In this document: positions 54,250 to 64,000 of the stretch, in pieces
Position numbering within the stretch: position 1 is the stretch's first letter
How the letters are laid out: each line of letters starts with the position of its first letter
NCBI GenBank assembly: GCA_965644315.1
Contig: CBFFRQ010000048.1
Span: 62,001-126,000, forward strand
Length of the DNA: 64,000 nucleotides
From: Caecitellus pseudoparvulus
Lineage: Eukaryota; Protista; Bigyra: Bicosoecida
Direction: 5' to 3'
Made by a program: the position numbers and the translations under genes
The notes under the pieces: generated by a model
Database searches by the model: none
The model's input: the letters and a program-made list of their open reading frames with translations, nothing else
What the model was told of the DNA's origin: nothing

Positions 54250-57200
54250 ATGGCGGCAGTGTCTGCGCCGCTGGCTGAGGCCAGCGCATTGCTGGCTCGA
54301 GGGCTGCCTGCCTTGGTGAGACAGGACATGCTGCAGCTCACGCAGGCCTGTCGTAGGTTTGTGCATGGCTGGCTGAGCAAAGGGGCAGGCTGCATGGAAG
54401 GAATGACCACTGCAACTACAGTTCAACACGTCATGCAAGGCGTGCGGGCTTCCCTGCGGCTGTGCGTCAGGGGTTGGTGGGAGGCTGCCTCGGTCGCAGC
54501 GACTGCCTCTGCGCAACACCTTGTCACCGCCTGCGCCAAGGAGCACCGCGTGCTGGTCGACACGCTGTTGCTGTGTATCACATGCATGTGCAGTGACGCA
54601 GCTCTTGCGGATGCCTTCGTGGCAGTGGGGGGCGTTGGCGTCGTCGCTTCAGCGCTCCGCACTGCGGTGTTTGAGGCCGAGCTGGTGCTGCAGGCTCCGT
54701 GGCTGGCCATGTCCTGCTCGCCAAGTCAGCTTGTGCGGGGGTCCCCAGATGCCATCATCGCGCCCATTATCACTCTCAGCGAGCGCTCAGCTTCTAGGCA
54801 CACGTTCTTTCTGCCCAGCTCGGCGAGCGCCCCCGTCGCTGTCCGGCTCGCAGCGCAGTCTGCTGGAGTCACAGGGACGCTGCACCGCAGTTTAGTTGCC
54901 TTGCAAGCACTCTTGAGCGGGGATCAGGGCGCAGCTTTTGTCGTGGAGCACGCGGACTCCAGTCTGCACGCTGGAAGGGCCCGCCTGGAGGTGTTGCAGG
55001 CTGCCCACAGAGCTGTGAACGCTGCGAGGGGTGCTTTGTCCGGGGGCGTGCCAAAGTCAGCGGGGATGGCAGGGCCGCTAGCACAGGCACCAGAAAGTGA
55101 GAAGGGCGTCTCAGACTCGGAAAGCGAGGTGTCCCACGCTCAGGGCGCCCCTGTGTGGGTCTTCCCAGATGGGCAGAGCCGGTACATGCGCGACCCCGTT
55201 CGACTGAGCAGCCAAGAGGCTGTGCACGCGCCCAAGCGAGTGCCCGCACGTCTGGGCCCAGGCAGCGAGTCATGGACGTGGTCCCCTGTTCGCTGCCCGA
55301 TGATGGCAGCACCCATCACGCTGTCCCCGCCAGACTTGTTGGAGTTACTGGAAGGTGTGGAGGATGTGCCTGAGGCTGACTTGGCTGCAGCCAAGGCAGC
55401 TGCGAAGGCACACTCGCTCGAGAGCACACGCGCCTCAAGTGGGTGTTGCGACCTTACTTTGACCCTCTCCCGGGTGGTGCGCCTGTGGCACACGGCTTGG
55501 AACATGCCTGACATGCGGTGCAGGCTGCTGCGCACGCCAGCGACAGTTTCTGTCGGACAAGCCCCCGAGCTACCGCCAGATCAAGGCTCCAACTTTCGAC
55601 TGGGCCTGCAAGGTGTGATGATGTGTGCAACACTCGCACAGTCAGTGCCCGCCTTTGCCTCGGACGCGCAAGCTGCGATTCCCGCGGAGGTGGACAGCGT
55701 GTTGCGCGCGAGCTGTTCCTTCTCTGCCTGGTTGCTCACGGGTGCCTCGCTGCACCTGCCAGCCGCCGCTGCGGGAGTGTGCTACATCCCGTCGTGGGTG
55801 GGCGGCGAGGACCTTGCGCTGGTGGACCAAGCCTCGCATTGGCGGGCTGTTTGCTGCGCCCTCGCTGACGGTGCTGCATCGTCCGTTTCAGCAGCGACGC
55901 TGGCCCTGACTTTGCTGTCCGCTATTTGTGAGGCACAGGGCGCCCCCAGCCAAGTCCCCATATCCACGGTGCTGTATGCCCCGACAGCTGTCATCGTTGA
56001 GCTCTTGCGCACTGCAGTTGGGGAGGGGCGTTCCCTCGCAGGTTGCCACGCGCTTCTGCAGTCCCCGCTGGCAGCTGCTGCCCTTCATGTGCTTGCAAGC
56101 GCTTCCAGCACGTGGACCGGCGCTTGGTCCATGGCAGCAACGTCAGTAGACACCCTCTGCTGTTCCGTCCTCCAGGTGGCGACAGATGCCCACGTGGGGG
56201 GCGGGCTGGGGGACACTCTGGAGGCGGCGGCGAGGCACAAGGAGCTGTACGATCGCATTGCCAGTAGGTGGTCCCCTGGCAGCCCGTGGCAGGGCAGCGA
56301 CCTGCACGCTGCTCGAGATGCACATGCTGCTGGAATGTTCACCTCAATCACATCGGCAGCTCGCCAGGGTGGGATGCGAGCAACCTGGCTGTTGCCAGCT
56401 CCACCGGCAGCCGCCCAGGGCCTCGCCCAGGGCGGCCTCGGGGCCATGACTGGTGGCGCAACGCTGGCCTCGGCGATGGCTGCATTCCTGGGCTCCAGTG
56501 TCGCATCCTGGGTTGTGGAGGGAACGCGCATGCTGGCGAACTACGTTCGAGGGAGCGTGTCCAGGGAAGGCGGCCTCGCGCAGGTGGCAACCCTGCCAGC
56601 CCTGCGGCAGTGGAGTCCGGCAGTGCTCCCTTGCCTCTCCGCAGTCCAGCCTGGGATGGCCCCTCTCCCTCGAGTCCTGCATGTGATCCACACTCTGTCC
56701 AACACGGCTGGCACCCCAGAAGGCGCCGTATCACTGGCTGTGGCGTCGGACTCATGGTTGCCTGGCTTGCTGCAGAGCCTGGAGCTGTACATGTCCTTGT
56801 TTCAGCCGGGCAAAGCGCCAGCTGACTCCTTCCACTTGCAAGCCCCACTCCAGCCAAAGCGGCACAGGGGCGTTGCGCTCGGCAAAGCACACGTGGGCGA
56901 GGCTGTGCTGGACGGCGTGAGCTCAGTGCTGCTGAGCATGTCGCTCTTGGCCCCTCTCACGCCTCCGCAGGGAGCAGACCATGCCCAACCATGGCTGTTT
57001 TCTGAGTCAACAAGCGTGTTGCGAGCAGTCGTCATGGTGCTTTCCACAGCTGTGCCCCCAAGCCTGGCCAGGCTGCGGCTCATGTGCAAGGGTGCGAGGG
57101 ATGGTGGCCTCACCGTGCAGTTTGCGGCACATGCGGGGTGCGTCTTGGACAGCTTTGCTAACTTGACTGGGGTGTTGGCGGAAGCGGCTCGCTCCTTGCA

Positions 57201-59157
57201 TGCGCTACACTTGAGCAAGGAGGCCTTCCAGGGCACACAAGGGGGCGTGCCCCCTGCGTCGGTGCGTGTGCTGGGGCAAGCGACAGGTCCGCTGCTTGAT
57301 CTGCTCCAGGAAGCAGTGGACACGCTGGAAGCACTGCAAGCAGTGTTCGACTCTGTGGAGTACCCAGACCGTACTCCTTTGCTTCAATGGCGCGAGCACA
57401 GTGCAGAGTCTGACGCTGCAGCTGTAGAAGCGGAGGGAGGTGTCGACGGGCACGGCGTGGGGAGTGCTGCGTCGCCGCCTGCTCCTCCTCCCCGACTTAC
57501 AGCAAAGGCGTTGCATGATGTGACCCCATTCTCAACTCCAGAGGAGTGTGACGTGGAGCGGGCCCCATTCGAGGATGCTGTTGCGGTGCACCGGCTGTTC
57601 CGCGGCCTCGCTCGGCTGGTGCAAGGTCTGGGAGACTTTGTGCAGGCTGTGGCTGCGACGGCGTTCCTCGGTCCACACATCGTGTGTCTGACACACCCAC
57701 GCCTTCCACACACCTTGACTGCTGGCTTGCTCGTCGTGCAGGAGCACCTGGCTCAGATGCTCCAGCTTCCCCACGCGCTGGAGATTTCGTGGGGCAGTGC
57801 ATGCTCCGCACTGCAGGTCGCTTCTTCCTTGCTCGGCTGCGCGAGGAGCATCATGGACGTTGTGCCCTCTGATGTGTCTGTCTTCCGTGATCATGCCCCT
57901 GCAGGCCATGTCAGCCAAGGGTTCCTGTTGCAGGCAGTCATGGCCAGGCTTCATGCGGGTGCGCTGCAAGCGGCGTGGAGCGCGTGGCACGTGTTGCACG
58001 TTTCCGGCGGCCCGCAGGCCATGGCAGGGGACGTGTGCCTAGAGGAGGGGGATATCTCAGATCCACCGCCGTATCCCTGTCAGCCCGAGACACTGCCACC
58101 TTGGCGCGTGCCGCCAGGCTCCGCTTCTGCAGGTGTTCTCGGCGGGGTGTCTGGTTTGTCCCGGCGGGAGGCGGCGTTGGGGGCCGCTGTGTCCCTGCTC
58201 CACCTAGCGGACGGCACACAGGGGGATGCGTCTATCCTGGGGGTGGACGTTGAAGGCACGGCGCTGCGGTATGCTGCGTCTGACTCGGCCGCACATGCGT
58301 CCCCCACCCCCGCAGTGGCGGCGGCCAGTCATGCAGCGTGGGATACCGTTGCCGCTGCCGCACAGGCGCTGACGAAGGTGCAGGTGGGTGTGGAGTACGT
58401 CCAGGCACAGGTTCGGGCGGGGGCTGCAGTGCCGGAGCCCACCAGTGCTAGTGCGTGGCTGGGACCCCTCTTGCGACCGGAGCAACTCTGCGAGGATGCG
58501 GCGGAGGCGCTGCCTGGCGGCCTCACCTCCATGTCCCTGTTGTACGCCGGTGTGCAGATGCACGAGGCCATGTTCCGAGTGGGGCTGGCGGCGCAGAACA
58601 CGTCGGTCGCACCGCCCCCCCCAGCCGGACCGCCGCCCCCCGTTCTCGGCACTTCGCTCTTGCTGCGTGCGGCGGCCAGCCACAGCGCTGAAGGCGCCCC
58701 CATTTCGGCCCTTTTCCTCCCAGAGCTCATGCCTGGCGCTGCGTGGGAGCTGGAGCAGGAGAAAGCACTGGGACCTGCCCGTGGCAGCGTGCGCAGCCTG
58801 CGGTCCACCCCCTCCATGCGCCTGGCTCACTTGCCCACCGCGTCCGCGAGCTCCATGAGTGCTGAGGGCCCGGGACCTCCCAGCCACGCCAAGCTCCTGC
58901 GCATGGGCAAGCTTTTGTGGCAGGACCTGACGTCAACCGTGCGCCGCTTGCTGGTGTCACGGCAGCGCGTGGTTGGGCTGCACGACTCCGAGGGTGTGGA
59001 CCCCGCAGCGCTCGTGAAGGGGGCGCATTCTCGTGCCCATGCACACCACGTCATTGCTGCTTCCACGACAGGCCTGGTGGAGGTGCTGGAGTCCATGGTG
59101 GGAGTGCTCGCGTCCTCAGTGCCGCTGGAGGAGCAAGGCCAGTCAACTGCCCACTAG
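54250..59157 (+). CDS. Large Ala/Leu-rich hypothetical protein (about 1635 aa), probably an alpha-helical solenoid
   Basis: Uninterrupted 4.9-kb ORF with amphipathic-helix composition; no family recognised. An alternative start lies at 54151. Confidence 0.7.
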   Translation: MAAVSAPLAEASALLARGLPALVRQDMLQLTQACRRFVHGWLSKGAGCMEGMTTATTVQHVMQGVRASLRLCVRGWWEAASVAATASAQHLVTACAKEHRVLVDTLLLCITCMCSDAALADAFVAVGGVGVVASALRTAVFEAELVLQAPWLAMSCSPSQLVRGSPDAIIAPIITLSERSASRHTFFLPSSASAPVAVRLAAQSAGVTGTLHRSLVALQALLSGDQGAAFVVEHADSSLHAGRARLEVLQAAHRAVNAARGALSGGVPKSAGMAGPLAQAPESEKGVSDSESEVSHAQGAPVWVFPDGQSRYMRDPVRLSSQEAVHAPKRVPARLGPGSESWTWSPVRCPMMAAPITLSPPDLLELLEGVEDVPEADLAAAKAAAKAHSLESTRASSGCCDLTLTLSRVVRLWHTAWNMPDMRCRLLRTPATVSVGQAPELPPDQGSNFRLGLQGVMMCATLAQSVPAFASDAQAAIPAEVDSVLRASCSFSAWLLTGASLHLPAAAAGVCYIPSWVGGEDLALVDQASHWRAVCCALADGAASSVSAATLALTLLSAICEAQGAPSQVPISTVLYAPTAVIVELLRTAVGEGRSLAGCHALLQSPLAAAALHVLASASSTWTGAWSMAATSVDTLCCSVLQVATDAHVGGGLGDTLEAAARHKELYDRIASRWSPGSPWQGSDLHAARDAHAAGMFTSITSAARQGGMRATWLLPAPPAAAQGLAQGGLGAMTGGATLASAMAAFLGSSVASWVVEGTRMLANYVRGSVSREGGLAQVATLPALRQWSPAVLPCLSAVQPGMAPLPRVLHVIHTLSNTAGTPEGAVSLAVASDSWLPGLLQSLELYMSLFQPGKAPADSFHLQAPLQPKRHRGVALGKAHVGEAVLDGVSSVLLSMSLLAPLTPPQGADHAQPWLFSESTSVLRAVVMVLSTAVPPSLARLRLMCKGARDGGLTVQFAAHAGCVLDSFANLTGVLAEAARSLHALHLSKEAFQGTQGGVPPASVRVLGQATGPLLDLLQEAVDTLEALQAVFDSVEYPDRTPLLQWREHSAESDAAAVEAEGGVDGHGVGSAASPPAPPPRLTAKALHDVTPFSTPEECDVERAPFEDAVAVHRLFRGLARLVQGLGDFVQAVAATAFLGPHIVCLTHPRLPHTLTAGLLVVQEHLAQMLQLPHALEISWGSACSALQVASSLLGCARSIMDVVPSDVSVFRDHAPAGHVSQGFLLQAVMARLHAGALQAAWSAWHVLHVSGGPQAMAGDVCLEEGDISDPPPYPCQPETLPPWRVPPGSASAGVLGGVSGLSRREAALGAAVSLLHLADGTQGDASILGVDVEGTALRYAASDSAAHASPTPAVAAASHAAWDTVAAAAQALTKVQVGVEYVQAQVRAGAAVPEPTSASAWLGPLLRPEQLCEDAAEALPGGLTSMSLLYAGVQMHEAMFRVGLAAQNTSVAPPPPAGPPPPVLGTSLLLRAAASHSAEGAPISALFLPELMPGAAWELEQEKALGPARGSVRSLRSTPSMRLAHLPTASASSMSAEGPGPPSHAKLLRMGKLLWQDLTSTVRRLLVSRQRVVGLHDSEGVDPAALVKGAHSRAHAHHVIAASTTGLVEVLESMVGVLASSVPLEEQGQSTAH

Positions 59158-59353
59158 CCACGTTCGACCCCCCCTCCACACACACAACCAATTCGACCAC
59201 CACCTCAACCCGTCCCCTAAAAATGTAATTGTACGCGTCAAAACTTGCCCTGCATTGGGAGTGTGTGCTGCTGGCGTGGCGTCGTTTCTCCACTGCACAG
59301 GCGCGTTTCAAGCGAAACGTGCTCGAGCACTGCGTCGAGTTAGAGGCTTCAAG

Positions 59354-61043
59354 ATGACGCGCCTCACAGCAGAGCTTGTCCGCAAGAAGGCAGAACACCA
59401 CGATGGCATTATTGGCGACCTTGAGGAGATCAGCCTGCACCAGCTGGAGCTGGAGAAGCTGGAAGTGATCGGCGAGCTTTGTCGCAAACTCCGCATTCTG
59501 TACCTGCAAAACAACATCATTCCCCGCATCGAGAACATTCACTACCTCAAAGACTTGCGGTACCTTAACATGGCCTTGAATAATGTGGAGCGCATTGAGG
59601 GCCTGCGGTGAGTCCCCGATCGCCGGCTGTGCCTGGTGTTGTCCGTTGGGAGGCAAAACGCCAGCGCACTCACGTTGCCCCTCGCACTCCAGGTCTTGTG
59701 AGTTCCTGGAGAAGTTGGACTTGACAGTGAACTTCATTGACCTGGACACCTTCGAGGAGAGCATCCAGCACCTGGCCCCGCTGTCCCATTTCAAGGAGCT
59801 CTTCCTCATGGGCAACCCGGCCATGGAGTGGGACTCGGCACGGGCCTTCATCGTGGCGACGCTGCCCCAGCTGCAGCGCCTGGACGGCCAGGAAATCACT
59901 CGCACTGAGCGCATTAAGGCAGTGCAGGACCTGCCTCGGCTGACGCAGGAGCTGCGAGCCGCTGTGCCGGCAGCCAAGGCCCGCCGAGCTGAGAAGGAAG
60001 CCAAGGCCGTCGCAGCGGCGGCCGCCGGAGAGGAGTCGGCACCCTGGACCCCAGCCAGTCGAGTGGAGCTGTACCGAGAGGTGCAGGAACAGAAAGAAGA
60101 GGAAGCGCGGCGCAAGGCGGAGCTGGAGCCTCGCAAGCGCGATGCGGAGAAGGAGCACCGCGAGAAGCTGGCTGCCACCCGAGCTGCCGAGGGCAAGGGC
60201 AGCGCAGGGCCTGGCGACAGCGAGCCGTCAGTGCCGGCAGCCCAGGGCGGGGCCTCTTCCGTGCGCCCCGCACTTCCTCGCATGGCTAATGAGGGGCGCC
60301 TGGACTTCAAGCTGGAGGACGAGGATGGGCAGGGCAACAGCGTGCTCACCCTGCCCCTTCCGCGTTTCTTGGACTCGTCCCTCGTGGACGTGGATGTGCA
60401 CCCCCTGTACGTGTCAGTGGTGGTGAAGAACAAGCTCTTTCGCCTGCACTGGCCTGAGGAGGTGCGGCCTGACGCAGGCTCGGCGCGGCGCTCCACTACC
60501 ACGGGCGCCCTCGTCATCACAGTGCCCAAAGTGTCCCCCAAGGAGGGATACATGGCTCTGGTGCGCCGGGACAAGGCGGCAGCCAAGGCGGCAGCCAAGG
60601 CCAAGCGGGCCTCCGCACGTGGAGCCACCTTGGACACGCAAGCCGGCGTGTCAGGTGGGCCGCCGGTTCGCGGGGGTGGTGGCACTGTGATGGATTTTGC
60701 CATGGCAGCCGCATCCTCCGCTCGCAAATCCAGCGGCAAGGGCCGGAAGGGGTCCAAGAAGAGCAAAACACAGGGGGCAGGCAAAGGCTCCAAGTCGTCC
60801 AAAACCGTGTCGTTGGCGGGCTTGGTTCCAGGTGCGCCGGTGGTGGATGCAGGTGTGGGCCAGCTGCTCATGACCGCCACGGCCTCGCGACCACTTGCCG
60901 AGCCAGAGGCCCACAGTGCCGCCAGCGAGCCCACGCCAGCCATGCCCGGGTCTGATGCCAAGCCCCCAGCACCTCAGCTCATCGACGAGGCTGGGGGGGC
61001 GTTGGAAGTGAAGCCATCACCCGCTGTATCTGCCCTTGACTGA
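59354..61043 (+). CDS. DNAAF11: Dynein axonemal assembly factor 11 (LRRC6/TilB)
   Basis: LVRKKAEHHDG, LEEISLHQ, LRILYLQNN, LEKLDLTVNFI, LMGNP, TPASR, NEG, DVDVHP and RSTTTGALVITVPK. One intron at about 59608-59692. Confidence 0.93.
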
Positions 61044-61981
61044 GCCATGTGTGTGGGGTGTGTTCATGCTTGTATGTGGTGCCGGGCGGGGCGTGGCGTT
61101 GGGCGAGGGGCGGCTGTGAGGGGAGCATTGAGCAGGGAGGTAGAGGGGCCCTGGCGTTCAGTTCCGCTTTCGGGTATGAAGGGGGTGGAGAGGCGGGCTC
61201 AGCGCACACTGTGAGCAGGTCGTGACAGCGGCAGTCCTGGCTTGTGCTGCGGCATGAAGGGAAGCACACCCTGCGGCAGCGGTCGTCAGGTGGATGGGGG
61301 GCAGGTCGCCGTTCGTCCTTGGCGTGAGTGCGAGTGGTCCTGGTTAGGCTGCACTTTGCGCATGTGGGGTGTGGAGAAGAAGAACGGTACGGGGTTGTGT
61401 CGAGTCAGGCGGGCGGGTGTGTGATCGGCTGGCATTGGGAAACAGGCGGCCACTGCGCGGCGTGCAGGTCGTGTGAACGGTTCTCTGGAGGTCTGGGGAG
61501 CACGTGTCAGGCATATGGTGCTGAGGCATGCCGGCAAGCGTTGTTGGGCAGCCTGTGCTTGAGCTGGAACCTTGCGCGAATGGGGGGAGGACTGCTGGGT
61601 GTGTGACGGGCAGGTCAGGATGTTGATGTTTGATTCCAATTCAGGCAAGTGCAGCCATCGTGTCTTGTGATGCTTGGGTGTGCTTGGTCGAAGTGGTGCA
61701 GGAGTGCGGCGGCAGAGCGTGGCCGGCGCAGCCCACCTGAGCAGTGCGGTGCGCCGGTCAGTTCGAAGCCAGCTGCGCCGCCAGCGCAATCGCGCCGAAA
61801 CGCAGCAGCGCCAGGCACGACACTGCCTTGGTTGCTTCAAAATCAGCATGCTCATCTTGCACTGCCATTGAGCATGTGGAAGCAGGTGCACTTAGTGTTT
61901 GGTGCTTGTGGTGCCTGTGGTGCCTGAGCAGCAGCGTTGGCTTGCAAGGGTGCGAGGTGCGGAATCTGGCTTCGCAGCGCC

Positions 61982-62797
61982 ATGGGGGCTGCGAGCAGCT
62001 ACGTGTTAGTGGTGGGACACACCCGAATTATATGTGCAGAGGAGGTGCCGGGTACATTTCTGGGCATGCTGGATTGGTGTGGGTGTGGTGTGCGTGCGGC
62101 GAAGGAAAGGATGTCAAGCAGGCTCACAACGGCTGGCTGCGTTGTAGCTTGCGAGGAAGGGCATGTGGAAGAGCTGCATGAGCTGCTGGAGCTGGAGGGG
62201 AGGGCTGCAGTAAATGTGCATTTCAGAGACGAGCATGGACCTGAGGCCTGCCTCCGACTTGCTTGTATAAACGGCCATGCTGATGTTCTGCGCGAACTGC
62301 TGGCGCTGACGGGAGATCGAGAAATGGATGTGCACGCTGACTTCAGGGGCGTTCCTGAGGCCTGCTTCCGGGCTGCTTGTGAGAATGGGCATGTAAATGT
62401 TCTGCGCGAGCTGCTGGCTCTGGCGGGTGACCGGGAGGTGGACGTGCACGCGGGGCCAGAGAACGAGCCTGAGCAAGGCTTCAGGTGGGCCTGTGAGAAT
62501 GGGCATGTCGATGTAGTCCGGGCGCTGCTTGCGTTGACTGGGCATCGCGAAGTGGACGTGCACGCTGGGTGCGAAGGCAAGCCTGATGATTGCTTCCAGC
62601 TTGCCTGCACAAATGGGCATGTGAATGTTCTGCGTGAGCTGCTGGGCCTCACGGGGCACCGGGCCATTCCCCTTCAGACCCGACTTGACGCTGGGCAGCT
62701 AGCGGTGCAGCCAGCCAAGGATGCTGTGTGGGGCGGCACCAGCACTCGACGTGGGCGGCGTGGCATGGTGCTGCTGCGGGCAGGTGCAGGGCGGTGA
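61982..62797 (+). CDS. Ankyrin-like repeat protein 1 (five repeats of about 38 aa)
   Basis: Repeat consensus FRxACxNGHVxVLRELLALTGDREVDVHAGxExxPE. The start is uncertain (61982 or a downstream ATG such as 62111). Confidence 0.8.
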   Translation: MGAASSYVLVVGHTRIICAEEVPGTFLGMLDWCGCGVRAAKERMSSRLTTAGCVVACEEGHVEELHELLELEGRAAVNVHFRDEHGPEACLRLACINGHADVLRELLALTGDREMDVHADFRGVPEACFRAACENGHVNVLRELLALAGDREVDVHAGPENEPEQGFRWACENGHVDVVRALLALTGHREVDVHAGCEGKPDDCFQLACTNGHVNVLRELLGLTGHRAIPLQTRLDAGQLAVQPAKDAVWGGTSTRRGRRGMVLLRAGAGR

Positions 62798-63056
62798 TGG
62801 TGGCGTGCAGCGTGTGGTCTGGGCTGTGGCTTTGGTGGCGATGGGTGCCGTGAGGGCTGGTTGTGGCAGGGGGTGCGTGGGGCGTCCCATGCGGGGCAAT
62901 GCAGCACAGTGGGTGGGGCAGGTCAAACTGTGGACGCCTGTAACAACAATATTCTGCGACATGGGGACGATGGGATTCATACATGCAAGCTTTGCGTGGG
63001 ATCGCCCCGTGCAGTGTTGAGTGTTGGTGTGGTGCGGAAACTGGATCCACCACGCC

Positions 63057-64000
63057 ATGGCAGATGACGGCAGTTGTGAGAGCTGGCTGGATCATTGGCG
63101 GGCAGGGTGCAGGGCGAAGGATGTGGAGTGTCTGTTGACACTGCTGGAGGAAGGATGTGGGTCGGGGAGGGCCAGTGTGGAGGCTCTTGGGCCGGATGAT
63201 GTTGCGGAGGCAGCGAGAGTGGCCTGTGAGGTGGCTGAGGTTGACTTGTTGAGGCAGCTGTTCGGCTTGGTCGAGGACGGGGTGTGCGGTGAGCATGGTA
63301 TTTTTGATGGAGCATTCCGAGCAGCATGTGAGGGTGGGCATACGGGCATAGTGCGCGAGCTGCTGGCTTTGAGCGGTGCTGCTGCGGTGGATGTACATGC
63401 CGGGCCGCCTGGCAAGCCCGAGTACTGCTTCACAGTTGCCTGCGAGAGGGGGTATGTCGGTGTGGTGCGAGAGCTGCTGGCTTTGACTGGGGACCAAGCT
63501 GTGGATGTGCATGCTGGGGATCGATATGGGCTGGAGCAAGGCTTCCGGCTTGCTTGTCAGAAAGGGCATATTAGCGTCGTGCGGGAGCTGTTGGCTTTGA
63601 CCGGGGACCGAGAAGTAGACGTGCACGCTGGGCCTGAGGGCGAGCCTGAGGCTGGCTTCCGACTTGCCTGTGCAAATGGGCATGGGGGGGTTGTGCGCGA
63701 GCTGCTGGCGCTCAATGGTGAACGAGCCGTGAATGTGCATGTTGGGACTGAGCACGGCTTTCGGTGGGCATGTTGGAATGGGCATGTGGGGGTTGTGCGC
63801 GAACTGCTAGCTCTGACGGGTGACCGTGAGGTATATGTGCATGGAGGGATCAGTGGCGATACAGAGGAGGGGTTTCGCCTGGCCTGTAAGTATGGTCATA
63901 TCGCTGTGGTGCGCGAGCTGCTGGCTTTGGGCGGGCATCGTGAGGTGGACGTTCATGCTGGGCCTGAGGGCAAGCCTGAGTTTGGGTTTAGGTGGGCATG
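63057..64000 (+). CDS. Ankyrin-like repeat protein 2 (partial; runs off the right edge)
   Basis: ATG at 63057 (MADDGSCESW) with the frame open to the window end. It has one degenerate and six clear repeats plus the start of another, with the same consensus as the upstream gene. It is absent from the ORF track, presumably because it has no stop in the window. Confidence 0.85.
   Translation, partial: MADDGSCESWLDHWRAGCRAKDVECLLTLLEEGCGSGRASVEALGPDDVAEAARVACEVAEVDLLRQLFGLVEDGVCGEHGIFDGAFRAACEGGHTGIVRELLALSGAAAVDVHAGPPGKPEYCFTVACERGYVGVVRELLALTGDQAVDVHAGDRYGLEQGFRLACQKGHISVVRELLALTGDREVDVHAGPEGEPEAGFRLACANGHGGVVRELLALNGERAVNVHVGTEHGFRWACWNGHVGVVRELLALTGDREVYVHGGISGDTEEGFRLACKYGHIAVVRELLALGGHREVDVHAGPEGKPEFGFRWA

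Overview
Eukaryotic nuclear DNA: GC-rich and very gene-dense, with short GT-AG introns (mostly about 65-115 nt, donors often GTGCGT/GTGAGT) and intergenic gaps of 10-600 bp, apart from one of about 0.9 kb before the ankyrin genes. The gene content (DNAAF11 dynein-arm assembly factor, NEK kinase, EEFSEC, MLO, hybrid histidine kinase) fits a flagellated protist, probably a heterotrophic stramenopile; that taxonomy is inference only. About 28 protein genes can be supported: MLO (runs off the left edge), BLOC1S2, an EF-hand protein, a hybrid His kinase, a TP53I11-like membrane protein, separase with an inserted SAP domain, a MacB/FtsX-type permease, LSM1, EEFSEC, a RarA-C-like protein, ADP-ribosylglycohydrolase, GST-theta, a PTEN-like protein, a TM-methyltransferase, DIS3L2, a SET protein, RACK1, a tandem pair of small Cys-cluster proteins, CDK5RAP1/MiaB, NEK, a protein with 17 tandem DDFGDF repeats, GT34, a WW-fused mRNA cap methyltransferase, two hypothetical proteins, DNAAF11 and a tandem pair of ankyrin-like genes (the second runs off the right edge). 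Most other ORFs in the track are antisense or alternative-frame shadows. No rRNA, tRNA, CRISPR array or recognisable transposon was seen. The most intriguing items are the ankyrin-repeat locus with a fixed scaffold and variable surface positions, the 18-motif putative AP-1 gamma-ear ligand, the SNAP25-half-like gene pair, and the WW-RNMT and SAP-separase fusions. All family calls rest on motif recognition by eye, not database searches.
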